DNA of 64,000 bases from Octopus vulgaris. Taxonomy: Eukaryota. The translations under genes were made by a program, and so were the position numbers. Under the pieces are notes generated by a model. The model saw nothing but the letters and a program-made list of their open reading frames with translations. It was not told the origin of the DNA and did no database searches. Shown here in pieces: positions 41,901 to 56,829 of the stretch. The number at the start of each line of letters is the position of its first letter. Position 1 is the first letter of the stretch. Location of the stretch: positions 125,488,001-125,552,000 of the forward strand of contig OX597820.1 of assembly GCA_951406725.2 (NCBI GenBank). Direction: 5' to 3'.

Positions 41901-42329
41901 ATATTAGAAGAAATGAGGTAATCAGAAGATCGGATGGTTCATATTTACAGATATTTATTTATATATTACATTTTTTACATAAATATATCATATCATTCAG
42001 ATCATAGCGCTTTCTCCCATTCTAGTGGGGTTTTCAAATCAAAATAATTTTTGCGGGGAATTTTAATCATTTTATAGAGTTTCGTAGTGGTGGAGAGGAA
42101 CAAGACAGCACAATACTTCACCCTCTTGTGCTGTCTTGTTCCTCTCCACCACTACGAAACTCTATAAAATGATTAAAATTCCCCGCAAAGGAATTATTTT
42201 GATTTGAAAACCCCACTAGAATGGGAGAAAGCGCTAATGATCTGAATGATATGATATATATGTAAAAATGTAATATATAAATAAATATCTGTAAATATGA
42301 ACCATCCGATCTTCTGATTACCTCATTTC

Positions 42330-42338
<9 letters not shown>
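41901..42338. mobile_element. Near-perfect palindromic fold-back element (213-bp arms, 12-nt spacer) within a (TA)n region
   Basis: 41901-42113 is the reverse complement of 42126-42338 apart from a few indels; spacer TACTTCACCCTC. Each arm has an HHR-like motif. Confidence 0.92.
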
Positions 42339-42393
<55 letters not shown>

Positions 42394-43137
42394 TATACAT
42401 GTGCATATTATGCACGTGATATACACACACACATATATGAATATACATAATGATGCAAGTTTAACAAACATTCAGATGTACAATATAAAGGTAACGTTTA
42501 CCAAATATGTACATTTTTAATGCTTTTGAAACTCGTAGAAAAACATTAAAGTGTCGTAATGCTTCGACCGCCCCTATTCAATCAGAGAGATAAAGACAGG
42601 CAGAATTTAAAGAGTCTGAGAGGCAGATATGTGTGTGTGTCTGTGTGTGCGTATGCATATGCATTATATATATATGCATATACATTATATATATGTACAT
42701 ATATATATTTGCATATATATGCTATATATATGGGAGTATGTGTGTGTGTGCGTGCGAATTGTGCGTATGGGTGTGTGTGTGCGTGCGTTTCTTGATCCTG
42801 GTGATAATGAAATAATGTCAAAGATCTGTATTATAGTATATTCTATTAGTAAAACTATACATTTGTTTCGTAATATTAATCCTGAAGGTAATGAAATAAA
42901 TCATTTTATTATTAACATTCTAAAAATGATACTTTGTGTCTTTCGCATTATATAATTGTATTTTATATGTGCTGGAAATATTTAATCGCATAAAATATCG
43001 TATTTGTATGCAGTAAAGAAACAATTTTTCAGATATATAATATGTATTTGCATAACAGCAGTTGTGATGAGAGATTTAAACGTCTGAGACTGATGAAGTT
43101 TTAGCTATTGCAAATTGGAAACTAAATATATACATAC

Positions 43138-43228
<91 letters not shown>

Positions 43229-43231
43229 TGT

Positions 43232-43341
<110 letters not shown>

Positions 43342-43483
43342 AAATAGAAAGATGAATTTTCTTGTTACAGATTATTCAAAAGTTTAACCGATACCTGGGT
43401 AGCAAAAATCACAGCAGAAAAAAGCACGGTTGGAGATAAGACCATTTGGTGTTGCAACCGTGCGTTGGTGCGGATAATTGAAG

Positions 43484-43775
43484 TTTAATATTATTAGTGA
43501 ATGGAAGAAATGGAGTTGAACGAAGATTGTACAGAGTTCAGCCATGGGCTCTTAAGGAACGTCCTCGTTCGAATTGCGTTGCTGCGCCTCTGTTTTGTTT
43601 TGTTCTGTCAACGGAATTCCTGTTTTTTTCCTGAAGAGAAAGCCACAATATGGTACCCTTATTTAATCAGAATTTGGAAATTTGTGGCCTTTGAAACATG
43701 TGTAGAATGTAATAAAAGGAATTCTGTACAGTCTTCGTTCAACTCCATTTCTTCCATTCACTAATAATATTAAAA
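43484..43775 (+). mobile_element. HHR-containing element with a ~55-bp inverted copy of its 3' end at its 5' side
   Basis: 43484-43539 is the reverse complement of 43719-43774 (2 mismatches); ends at (TA)n. Confidence 0.82.
43613..43724 (+). ncRNA. Type I hammerhead ribozyme candidate with fully canonical core
   Basis: TTC-CTGAAGA(43631-43637)-GAAAGCCACAA...TTGTGGCCTTT-GAAAC-atgt-GTA(43702-43704)-GAA. Distal stem I extension GAATTCCT/AGGAATTC. Confidence 0.78.
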
Positions 43776-44563
43776 TTATATATATATATATATAGATATA
43801 TATACATACGTACACACACACACACACACACGCATATATATATATATATATATATGCACACACACACACGTGTGTGTATGTGAATTTTTCCTTCTGTATA
43901 AAACCTATTGTGCATTTTGTTGGAGTATACGAGACTTCAATACAAATCGAGATTTTCGTATTCTTTTAATTTTATTATATATATATCCTCAACGTTCGAA
44001 TTCACTTCCTGTAGGAATGAGTAAACTTTATTTGAACTAAGCTAGAAGAAACTTCACCAAAGTTTTCTCTTATTTACTATATAGTGGTATATGCTAACAT
44101 TTTCGCTTATAGATATTATATGTTTTTGAGTATATATTGTGGTATCACGAACCCTTTATTCAATTTATATATGCCCTCCGAATATTCACAACCGCAACAG
44201 TAACTGACAAGTACGAAAACTGAAAGTAAAAATCCCTTGGGGACATTCTCCTATCTATCTACACCAATACAGGATGTGTCTTCATTCCAGCCTCGGGCAT
44301 AAACACGCTTGATACTTAACGCTAAATACACTTGTTTATCCAACAGAGTTTCAATGATTATTATGCGTGATAGGTTGCTAACATAACGACGGGGTAATTT
44401 ATAACCTACGATGTATCACATTTTTATCATTTCCTATTATATTCAGAAATGTATTTGTTGCTTGATACGTCTTCGTCTAATTACTTGGCACGAGTTATGT
44501 AATTCACATCAACTTACGTATTCATCCCGTCAGTCAGTCTGTCTTTCATTCTCTCCGATCTTT

Positions 44564-44655
<92 letters not shown>

Positions 44656-45053
44656 TGTGTGTGTGTGTAAAATGGCTATATGTATTTATGTATGTAAGTA
44701 TATTATACATGTGTGTGTGTGTATGTATGTACATGTGTGGGGATGCGTCTGAAGCATGTGCGTGCGCACACAGACATACATATGCATAATATATTTTGCT
44801 TCTGCAGTTTGATATTACAACTGTTACTGGTAGGTTTAGAGCTCCACGTAGGATATCATCGTCCAGTCTGCTTTCAGTATAGCGATGTGTTTTTTTTTTA
44901 TTCTGTACTTAGTAGTGTTAATGTATATGAGAATGGCAAGTGTTACATTATTTGTTCTAAAATCCGATGGGAATAAATGATACAAAATTAGGTGTTTCAT
45001 AATTTCTCCTACTCGCATACACACACACACGCACATGCACAAACACGCATGTA

Positions 45054-45093
<40 letters not shown>

Positions 45094-47351
45094 TGTATGT
45101 ATGTATGTGTGTGTGTATATATATATATATATAGATAGATAGATAGATAGATAAACACACTGACAGATATATAGATAGATACATAGATACATAGTTAGAT
45201 AGATATGTAACACACTCTAAATGGCGTCCTAATTTTCACAAGAAGTCAAATGTGACTTCCTTGTGTGAGACCATGTTTAAAGAAAATGCATTCTAGCCGA
45301 GAGCAATAAAGAGTGGTTCTATAATTTTAATATAAAATTAATGTTTTCCTATTGAAATCACTATTCAGTGTAGTTTTGGAATTGAATAATATACAAATTT
45401 TTAGTTGAACTCTGTATTATCAAATGTTAAGAAAGCAAGAAAAAACACATCTTATAATATAATTGCATGTTGCGCGTAACAATTACATGCTTAATAATGC
45501 GGATATCTTTTGTCTGGTACTTATAAATACTTACTTTCAACTCATAATATTCTATGTGAGAGGTGTTTTTGCTACAATCTAAATGGTGTTGTCAGAGAAT
45601 TCTCATCGATTTTATTGTTATATCCCAAGGAGATTTAATAATTAGAAACGCATTAAATTGTTTAAGTATAAAATATATTAATAAATGTATATCACTAAAG
45701 TTGTTATTTATATCACTTTCCAAATATTTTCTAATTTTATACATCATTTTAATTTGTAATTCTACATGTACTTTAATTTAATAATGAAATAAATTAATAA
45801 CTAAAAACGTTGTATTGAATTTTTTTCAATATAACTTTTGCATTTGCCCTGCAGTGATGTTGAGAAATCTTAACATACTGCCAATGGATAATCGAAAAAT
45901 GTTTAAATGCTTTGACTTAAAGTAAAAATTTATTTAAGATTCAAATAAACGACACGATTGTTGGCCCTCCTAGAGCAAGGCAATCATAGAAGTGTCGATT
46001 TGTTTTATAGTCACCATGTGAATGTATTCAAATTATTTGGAATATTTGATACTAGCCTGTAGAAAAACTGAGAAAAAATATCACTCCGATAAACCCATTG
46101 TTCTATAAATGAATTCTTTAATTGTAACATAAAGTGTAATATTGCCTTTTCATTTAAATATTTATTATTTCCAAAGTTATTTCCATTTACATAGTTTTAA
46201 GTAATAAATTCAGATGACTGTCATGTCAGATAAAACTATTTATTCATAAATGCATATACATATGCATATATATGCACACAGAAGCAGACAGACATGCACA
46301 TATATTTATATACACACAGCACACATATAATCATTTATAAATTTTAAGTTAATATTGAGTTGCTGGTTTACGCATATTGAAATATACGTATATTGAGTTC
46401 CCCAACTGATTATTAGTAACACTATGGCTAAACCGGTTGAACATGATATATGTGTGTGTGCGTATGTGTGTGTGAATGGGTGTGTACAGTAAGAGAGTAG
46501 AAGAGCGAAAAAGAGAGATCCGGTGAGAAATGAAATTCAATTCCTTACAGACTATAGATATGTAAATGCACCTGTCACATATATTCTGTATCCTTATCAC
46601 GTCTCCAAAAATAGTTTTCTTGCATAGCAAAACATTTGATTGTATTACTTACTGCTTGTATTCCTTCAGATGTTAAATTCAGCTTCGAAATAGTGAGAAA
46701 CGTAAGACGTTTCCTCCAATTACTTTCCGCTGCATAGGGAACATCATAACCGAGGCACTACGGGAAAAAAAAAAGCGTAATTAAAACGTTTGCAATGTAC
46801 CGAAACACAGAAGCATATGAGATGAGGTCAGCATGTCGTATACTACGCCGATAGTTTTATGAAAGACATTATACTGTACACTAAGTAGTATACCTTACTT
46901 CTGTGTTTATATTAAATGATATCTTATGGAACTTTTATACCTTGGATAGCTGTAAATATTCTATAAATTCGGGAATGAACATGTTAGGATTCTAGAATTC
47001 TAATTTATTTTATTTCTTCTCATCCTGAAAATTCCTTTCTATAATATAAAGTAGAAAGGAGCGAAGTATAAACTTTAAAACGATATTAGTATTTTCTTGA
47101 ACTTAAAAGCAATAAATGACAAATGATACCATTTCGTTGCTCTTTCAACAAGTTATAATGAGGATCGGGAATTGAGGGCGATTAATCATCCTATGTATTG
47201 GGAGAATTTCTAAGTTTTCAATTAACTTCTCTTGTATGTTCTTTATATACTAGAGAATATACATCAAAATGTATGCAACCTGCTGTTACTTAAGAAAATA
47301 TTAAGTTACGTTAAGCCGTGATAATGACAAAAAATAAATATTTGTCTGAAG

Positions 47352-47500
47352 CAGTAATGCGCAAACTGCGGCCTGTGGGAGTTTCTGAATGACTCGCCTA
47401 TATGATATTTACCTTGAGTTTTTTTTTTAATAATGCAACCCGTTTGATTATAAACCATTTCTCATGCGGCCTGCTTCTCGAAAAAGATTTTTCTTGCTTG
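47352..47500 (+). mobile_element. Possible hAT (Charlie-like) MITE remnant
   Basis: Begins CAGTAATGCGCAAACTGCGGCC and has ATGCGGCC..AAAAAG near the end, the layout of Charlie-type MITEs; right TIR eroded. Confidence 0.35.
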
Positions 47501-48739
47501 GGCAGTTTTCTTTCAGTAATCATAGAATCGACAGCAATATTGAGGTATAATTGAGGTTAAGCAAACAATAGTGTAGAGATCAGAGAATAATAAATATGGA
47601 TTTATTTGTCCATTATAGTATTTCCTAGTATTTGTTGGCTGATAAAAAATAGCGAAATAGTGTGAGCCGTTGAGAAACCATCAATTATTTCAGTCCATAC
47701 ATTGAAACTTACCCACTAAATCTTATATCAATATTTCCATTTAATAAAAGCTAATGTAATATTTAATAATAACTAACGAAATATTTGAAGCATTGTCCGT
47801 CAATGTTTTTCCTAACACATTCCTATCCCACCATAAATTCATAAAGTCTCATAGGACATTACAAAAGTTATACGTAAGATGAGTTACGGTCCAAGACTTA
47901 TACTTATATCAATGAAAACCGTTCTGAATATATCTTTCTGGTTAAAGACTCCGGGATGAAAATTGAGGATAATTTATTTGTAAATTTTTAGCTTGTTAAT
48001 GGACCGCTTAGATGTTCGCTTGATCGCTTCATCGCTCGAGCTGCATTTTATGTTACAGATATTTACCCTCTGTGATTGAAAGACATGCAAATACATCGCT
48101 TGCTCGAACGTAACACGTTCCTACAACGATATGATGGGTATAATATTAACATATTAGATATGGAAGTGACTATGCAGAAGGGATATTAGATTTATAATAC
48201 AGCAACGAAACCAAAAAATACTGTCGAAAATAAATGCTAAAATGTTATATAGCACAATTATTTTGAAATTGCAGCCAATAAAAAATAATAATAACAATAA
48301 GCTTAGAGATAACCATTATTGTATGTCGGAATTTTTTCAACGGTGTATTACATAGAAGTGTGTACATGATCGTAAAAGTAGAAAATATTATTGGAGAAAT
48401 AGGTGAGAAATTGGATAGATGGTGTCCAAAATATGTAAATCAATGTTTTGTATGCATATATAATATACTATAAGTGTAAGTGAAATCCTAGTAAACTATA
48501 TTACTATCTACTTCTGTAACAGACTAATGAAATAAGAAAAACGGCGCACGCACAATAGCAATTCGTCCATTATATTTGCGTAAACATTCCCTGAAAACAG
48601 AAAATATAATTATTCCCACGTATATAGAAGATTTAGAGAAGAACAGAAAATTGTGAGAATTGTAATATGTCGAATATTATACTTTGCAATATTACTTTCT
48701 GCTGCGGCAAAGCTGGCATGGTATCTATCACGCCGATAA

Positions 48740-49360
48740 GGCGGTGAGCTGGCAGAAACGTTAGCACGACGGGCGAAATACTTAGCGGTATTTCGTCTGC
48801 CGTTACGTTCTGAGTTCAAATTCCGCTGGGGTCGACTTTGCCTTTCATCCTTTCGGGGTCGATAAATCAAGTACCAGTTATGCACTAAGGTTGATATAAT
48901 CGATTTAACCCGTCTGTCTGTCCTTGTTTGTCCTCCCTGTGTTTAGCCCCTTGTGGGTAGTAAAGAAATAGGTATGTAGCACACCGGCTAATAGCATTTT
49001 CCCGGGTTTTACGTTCTGAGTTCAAAAGATGTCGAGGTTGAATGTGCTTTTCATTCCTTTGGAGTTGATAAAATAAGTACGAGCTGGATATTGGGACCGA
49101 TGTAATTGACTTACTCCTAATAGAAATTGCTAGCCTTGTGTCAAAACTTGGAAATCAATATGACTTCAGATAAAGTTGTCATGATAGCATGGGTAGCAAC
49201 ATTTTTTCAGACTTTACGTTCTGAGTTCAAATTCTGCTAATGTCGATTTTTTCCTTTCATCCATTCGGAATTAATAAATTGATACCAGTTGAGGTTTTGT
49301 GGATGTAATCCACAAGCCCCACTTCCACACTGAATTTCAGGCCTCGTGCCTAGAGTGGGA
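48740..49360 (+). mobile_element. Tandem cluster of SINE family A: one full copy (48740-48970) and two older partial copies
   Basis: ttacgttctgagttcaaa recurs at ~48803, ~49009 and ~49214, each followed by the tttcat(t)cc..taaa core. Confidence 0.85.
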
Positions 49361-50113
49361 AGAAATTCAACTTGGAAAATTTTAAGTTGCGACCAAATCA
49401 ATTGTAGTATATTTTACAGTTTTGATAATAAAAAAAACCCAAACTATTAAGTAAAAATGGCTTTCATTTTGATTAGCCAGTATTTTTTAACACCCATTTA
49501 ACTCCATCGAAATATGTAACCAAATATGTCTAACATTTCAAGAATAAAAGGGGAAGTCGAGAATGATGTGACATTTTAGGCGTTTCATCTTTTCGAATTC
49601 CATGAAATGAAGTACCAGGTAAGAAATGGTGACGACTGTCGATTGGACCTATCATGTATATGATACAAAGGAACAAGACAGCATAGAGTATCGTCATGAT
49701 ACAAGCTATGGCAGCTGGTCATGTGTTATATCATTTGCACGAAATTACTGCTATGTCAATATTATCTGTCTGAAACAAAACATTACATAGCAGGTGTCAT
49801 AGGATCACCAACATGCTTTTATGGTGGAGGAACTTTTGAATTTATAACGAAACAATGAAGAAGCAAGAATGTGTCAAGAAGATCACTTCACAGATAAAAC
49901 TTCCCATATTTTGAATCACTTCATGGCAGCTTTGACACTTTATTGTTTTTTTGCAGCTTCAGATTGCTTCATACCTTGCGACTGAATTCCTACAGGCCTA
50001 AACTGTATAGAAGCCCGTGAAGTTAATTACGTCTGTATTTCAAAAGTCCCAGGCTTGTCACAAACAATGTATCATACAAATTCTACCTGAGAATTACGCT
50101 TTGAATATTAAAA

Positions 50114-50308
50114 GGCGGCGAGCTGGCAGAAACGTTAGCACGCTGGGTGAAATGCTTTTTACGTTCTCAGTTCAAATTCCGCTGAGGTCAACTTTACCTT
50201 TCATCCCTTCAGGTTCGATAAATTAAGTACCAGTTGCGTACTGGGGTCGATCTAATCGATTAGCCTCTTCCCCCCAAATTTCGGGCCTCGTGCTTAGAGT
50301 AGAAAAAA
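50114..50308 (+). mobile_element. SINE family A (alternative 3' tail)
   Basis: ggcggcgagctggcagaaacgttagc..caaatttcgggcctcgtgcttagagtagaaa. Confidence 0.88.
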
Positions 50309-51036
50309 TTCATTGAATGTTCATTTACTAAATCCAGGTACAGCTAATATACTACATCCTCATCACCGCATCCCGAGTTTCGGCTGACAGTTATTTCATA
50401 GGTTAACGCTATTACTTCCTCTGATTATTTGCCTCTAGGAGACTCAAAATATATATCATGTTACGTAGATTCTGATACTGGTGTGTGGTATGGATATCGG
50501 AGAACTTTGCCTTGATATCATTTTGGGCCTGGATGAGCAGATTATGTTACATAAGTATTTGTTGAACATTGTTTCTGTTATGTTTCTTGTACATCTCACA
50601 TTAAAATATGCATATGTTTGTTGCAAAATTGATAGAACAGGCTGCCAACTCACTCATACACCTTAATAGATTACATTTTGCAAGAAGGGGGTATGTAGAA
50701 ATAATATCGTCTACTGCTGTTTTTACAACCTCCTTTTTCCAGTTATTTCTCCTAGTAAAGTATTGATCAGTATTATTATTACTTACACTCACCACTATAT
50801 TTTTTATTACTGCTCTATACTGCATTATTAATGCGGAACGCGTGTAAAATTACACATTCTATAAAACTTCTTACGTTGTTGATGCACACATTTATAGATA
50901 TTCATAAAATTGTTATACATCGTAGAAGTTTCGATTTAATTTTATTGTCAAGTTTCCGTTAGCATCCTGAATGTATAAAGCTACTGAGGTTGAAGAAGAA
51001 TATTATACACAATGTTCTTTATTTCCTGATATCGTA

Positions 51037-51117
<81 letters not shown>

Positions 51118-51933
51118 CGTTGTTGCTGTCATAGTTACTACTGTTTATAGGTTTGGCTGTGCTTATTGATTATGGAGTTAAAAACAACGATCTAAGGCGC
51201 TGATTTTTGCGTGTAGATTGCCGAAATGCCCAGATTGCTTTCGCTGAATTTTTTATGCAGAATAATTGATAAGGTGTACATACATATGAACGCACACAGA
51301 CACACACACAGATACACACAAACACATGCACACAAACACAGATAGATGCATACATATATAAAAATAAATAAGGTGTTGGATCCAAGGATATAAATTCGTG
51401 GCTCATGATGAAATGAATTTGCATTCAGTATTCGTGTATAAATTAGACATGGTAGCAGGATTGAGCCCTTGCTCTTCGGTAATCAGATTAATCCTGGATA
51501 TATACTGTTCTTTGATTACCTTGCTATTTGGGACGTCTCTTTTCTTACTGTTATGAATCATAAAGGAAATAGAGCAAGCCATTACATAAGGCTTATCAAT
51601 AAGAATATCATCAATCAGAAACCAATACTTCCTGAACACTTTAATCGTATTTCTATATAAAATCAGAGAAGATGCGTTTGACTCATTCTGAACGAACAGA
51701 ACAAAATAATAGCCCGAGTGACGAGAATCGGAGGGTCGGTCACAATATATACCCGGTAGCATTCCATTGTTTTCAGAGCTTGAAAGGTCAAATATATGTA
51801 TCCCAGACACAAGAGCACGGTACACGAGAAGACTATCACAATGTGCAAAAGTTAAATGATGTTATAATAAATTGGACAGTGTCAATTGGTGCCAAATATT
51901 ATTTAGTTTATGTCTTCTCGTTCATGTGCGAAA

Positions 51934-51969
<36 letters not shown>

Positions 51970-52027
51970 CAAAGACTTTCATCCCTATTCGCACATGAAC
52001 GAGAAGACGCATACTAAATAATATATA

Positions 52028-52063
<36 letters not shown>

Positions 52064-54778
52064 TATATTTATATATTTATATATATGCACATATGTTTAT
52101 AGATTTTTATATACACACATATATGGAGCTGTGTGTATATGTAGGGGGGTTTACACCCGTACACAAGCACACATGCATACATACAAACACACATGCATAC
52201 ATAATGGCGCCGTCAACATCGGACGTCGAGGTGTAGAGGACCGTTGAAAAAGTCCGTTTCGAACGCTTTCCTCCAGAAATATGTCGACTTCTCCAGCTTA
52301 AATGGGTTAGTGGTTTACTTCTCCAGCAATTGATAAGAGAAACATCTTTTACTCGCCATCGTAGCGCTATACTGACCAGTGAATTTGTCTGCGTTAACTA
52401 CATCCCAAAGATAGAGCATACTATCTTTGTTGGAAACCAGATCCCTCCTCGGTGAAAGAGTCAGAATAATTAAAAAATAGAAGACATACATATATGAACA
52501 TACATTCATATATACATATTAACATATAGGCGTCTTGTTTTGTATGAGTTGGTGGGTTTTGGTGACGTATATCTGACAGTATTATTATTTTAATTATGTT
52601 GTGTGAATTTTCTCATCGATATTAATGCTTTTCTTTCATGTTTGCTGTGGAAATTCCATGTACATTTTGGTCCCTATTGTCAGTAAGAAAAACTATAATT
52701 AGGCCACCTGTAGAGACTTTACTAAAGATATCATTAGCAGCAGCACACTTGGCACTTATTAGTCTATGATTACTTGTAGCTAGACCAATTACAACATTGG
52801 ATAATTAGTGAGTATCTAATTATACATCAATAGGTCGTAGACTAAGTTGTTGTTGTTATTGCCACAGGAAAATAAATAATTCAACAAATCTGACAAAATA
52901 CGCCAACTATTGAAACAAATTTGCCAACAAAGCAAAATAGAAAAGAATGAAATTTAGCAAACTACGCAGAAGGGAGAATATGACATTTTGCTTTACTGCA
53001 CTTGAAATCATTTTAACTTCAACAATTTTTGCGCGATAAATTGTTCACTCAGGTCGTTGTTAATTTTCTCTAAATAAATTATATTTGAAGATTTAGTGAT
53101 GAAAAAACAGACATGGGTTGATGAAGCTCTACCTGATTACCAGCAGTTAATGTCCGACAAGAGAAAAACGGATTTGAGGCGAAGATTCATTGTTAGAAGC
53201 TCATTATAATAAGCGTTTTGCATCAGTGATCTAATTGGAGCAACATTTCTCTTATGACACAGTTAGCTAGATGTAATTAGAATTGGATACAATGAACCAT
53301 ATATGTTAACACGGTAGGCTTAAGGTGTAATGCATCCTTACATCAATTTTAAGTTGAATTGTCCACATATGTATCTGTTTGGGTTGAACTGATTTGTATT
53401 CTCTAAAATATGAGACAAATCCTTAGCAATAATTTCGCAGATACATTAGCTAAATAAGAAAATATTGAATGTAAACATTGTACAAGCTAAAAGCTTTTAT
53501 TTCTAATGCATTTTGACTTAGTTTGAATACAGATAAACATAATTCAATATGCATCAATTTTTTAAGCTTGGATAGAAAATCTAAGTGATGCCATAAATAT
53601 TTATAATATTTATAATATACGTTTGTCATACATAGAGATACAACTATTCACGCATATTAGATTTTTGAATCGGAAACTAAAGTACAACTAATAAAGAGTC
53701 ACCCAACATCAAATATATTGACACATTAATTGCACATATTATTTATCTCAAAATTCCATTGCAATCATTAGAAACTTACAGTATATCATGCAAGCTTCCC
53801 ATTAATTACTGATTAATTAGTGTCTAGATTATAAAATGTGAGACAGAAGGAAACATACCTATGATTAAACATCTTTCGGGAGATCAGAGCAACTTTCTGT
53901 TTTGTCTTCCAATAATTTTCAATGAGATGTATTAAAGCTTATGTACAAGACATAAAAGGAAATAAACTTAAAGCCTTTAATTTTCCCTGTTCTATCCAGA
54001 GGGAAGTCATGAAATATATCTTCCACAATTTTTTTAATACATGCTAAAAAATGCCTACTATTAGATTATACAGTAATATTCCATAATATTAATGAAATGT
54101 CTCTTGAACTATTTGTAAATATATCTTGTGGCTCTAAATGCATTTCAGTAGATGTTAATAGATAATGTTTCTATGCTACACGAGTGTTTAAAACATCAGG
54201 TTATATATAACAATACTTCTAAATTGGTCAGGATGAATTATATAGGTGTGTGTATGTGTGTGTACACATATAAATACGTATATATGTATTTGTATATGTA
54301 GATATATATGCAACCACAAAACTACACACACGCATTTACACACACACATATATTTCATATACAAATAATTTGCATAAAAGCTATAGATCAACATGCCTAC
54401 CGAATTGATTAATAAGTTCAGGTAATTTACCGTTGGCTAAAGATATGTTTTATGATTCAGCGATCAATTTGCACTGCTACAATTAGGTGAATTTCTTTGC
54501 ATTTTGGATTGATTCCCAGTTTACCAACTTTAATGTAAAGTAGATCAATGTAAATCAGAGCTGGAATTTGCATAATTGAATGTTCACGCAATATTAGATG
54601 TGCATTTCATGACTATTCCTTGTTAGTTCTATTTTATAGTTTTCTTAATTATTCTAATATTTAATTAAATTTTGTACGAAAAATCAATACATATATTAAT
54701 CTCTTATCTGTCCACATGCATCTTATTGAACAGTAACGAGAAATCATTATTCCATATCAAAATCTGCAATAGGTGAAG

Positions 54779-54942
54779 TACAGGTGATGTATCTTTTGCA
54801 TAATTCCAAGCTGTTAGGCAAGGGGAATAATTCAAGTGGGGTACTGACATGAATTTAGATTATTCAGGCTGTGGTGTACTGAAAGCTTAGTAAAAAACAA
54901 AAAGATAAACCAAGCACTAACAAGTAAAAGCGAAAAATTCTA
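54779..54942 (+). repeat. ~165-bp direct repeat, copy 1
   Basis: Aligns by eye with 57325-57493 (tacaggtgatgtat..ctgttaggcaagg.gaataattcaagtggggtac.gacatgaatttagattatt..ccaagcac.aacaag.aaaagcg.aaaattcta). Confidence 0.88.
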
Positions 54943-55429
54943 ATTAGTCCTGTTATATATCTAAATCATGGTTTGTTCAGAAGAGGAGAGTGAAAACTTA
55001 CTTTCATAGATTGCATAAGAAATAAACATTTGCACTAGGCAGTATTGCATGAACGTTCAATTAAGTAAATTGAAGTACTAGCATATATTGATTTGATAAT
55101 CATCATAATAAATAGAATTGAACTGCATCGAAAATACAAGCAACTGCACCTAATGCTGTAGCCGCGCAGTGTAATTGATTGCTAACTAATTTTACATATT
55201 GCATCAATCATAAAACATCAATTAACCAAATGCTAAATTGGCTGAAATCGTGTTTCATATCAGCACGCTGAAATTATATGAAATAATGATAGTCTAATGA
55301 GTACACAGACATACACACACATACATATGAAATCACGTATGCACACATGCACACATGCACATAAAAGCAACAACAAAAACAAACCATTCGCACAGATATG
55401 CACACACATATATGCATACATACATACAT

Positions 55430-55477
<48 letters not shown>

Positions 55478-56261
55478 GTACATGATGATAGTATGATAGT
55501 TAAGTAGCTAAAGAAGGAGACACTTGGTAGTCAAAGGAAGCTACATATTCACTAGAAACATCTATTCTATAGTTTCTTCAAACAGTTCTAGCTGCAGGTA
55601 TCCATAAAAATATTATTTATACGAATAGCAAAAGGAGTTGTATGAGAATTTTGCTTTTCATATACTGGTTCTACTTCACAGTCTAGAAATCAGGCCTGTG
55701 CTGGAAATGCTAAAACTGCAATAGGATAATTATACTTGGGAAGAAACGACTTTACAAAGAATGCTTGAATTATCCTTTTTTTTCTGCCCACGTTTCTTAG
55801 ATTATTTGTCATCTACTTGAGAATATTATGAAATATTACTAAGATGATAATGACTATTCAATTATTCGTACATTTACCGCTGATTTAAGTCGTAATATAA
55901 TGCGTCTTATATAGTTCGTTGTGGATAGACAAATTATAGGAAAATGCGTTAGGTCTCGTGTTTCGATTCCCTTATAAGCTTCTTTCCGATTGTTAGAGAT
56001 AACAAGAAATTCCTGAAGGAGCATTGATTTGAATAATTAGTACATGGAGTAATGGTGAGACTAATTATGCTCTGATTCTAAAAGCATGCTGGGGAAATAT
56101 ATCTTAGAGACAATTTTTCACATAATAAAATAATTTTTTAGATAAAATTTATCAGATTAGATATCAAATCGGTACGGAGTTGCATCTCAATATTTCCAAA
56201 AGAAGTATGTATTATACGCTTGTGTTAAAGGTTCATAATATAGCAGAAGTCAAACGAAATG

Positions 56262-56829
56262 TTGGGGGAAGGGCCAGTCAATATGATCGACTCCAGTACG
56301 CAACTGGTACTTAATTTATCGACTCTGAAAGGATGAAAGGCAAAGTCTACCTCGGCGGAATTTGAACTCAGAACGTAAAGGCAGACGAAATACCGCTAAG
56401 CATTTCGCCCGTCATGGTAATGTTTCTTATTTCTTTATTGCGCAGGAGGGGCTAAACATAGTGGGGACAAACAAGGACATACAATGGGATGAAGTCGATT
56501 ATGTCGATTCCAGTGCGTAACTGGTACTTAATTTATCGATCCCGAAATGATGAAAGGCAAAATCGACCTCGGGGGATTTGAACAGCAAACGAAATACCTA
56601 TTTCGTTACTACCCACAAGGAGCTAAACACAGAGAGAAACAACAAGGACAGACAAACGGATTAAGTCGATTATATCGACACCAGTGCGTAACTGGTACTT
56701 ATTTAATCGACCCCGAAAGGACGAAAGGCAAAGTCGACCTCGGCGGAATTTGAACTCAGAACGTAGCGGCAAACGAAATACCGCTAAACATTTCTCCCTG
56801 TGTGCTAACGTATCTGCCAGATTGCCGCC
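56262..56829 (-). mobile_element. Three tandem SINE family A copies (56262-56425, 56428-56597, 56599-56829)
   Basis: Three consecutive aactggtactta.tt..tcga...gaaa..aaaggcaaa..c.acctcgg cores. Confidence 0.9.

Noticed and set aside
46690-46860. GAAACGT/ACGTTTC hairpin and a faint resemblance to a piggyBac cysteine-rich tail
   Set aside because: Short stem expected by chance; key cysteines absent.
50440-50490. Possible micro-exon (ctag|GAGAC..GTGTG|gtatgg)
   Set aside because: Splice signals are mediocre and the peptide is too short to assess.
51403-51998. Overlapping non-repetitive ORFs of 140 aa (-) and 108 aa (+)
   Set aside because: No recognisable motif or splice signals; likely chance or decayed TE.
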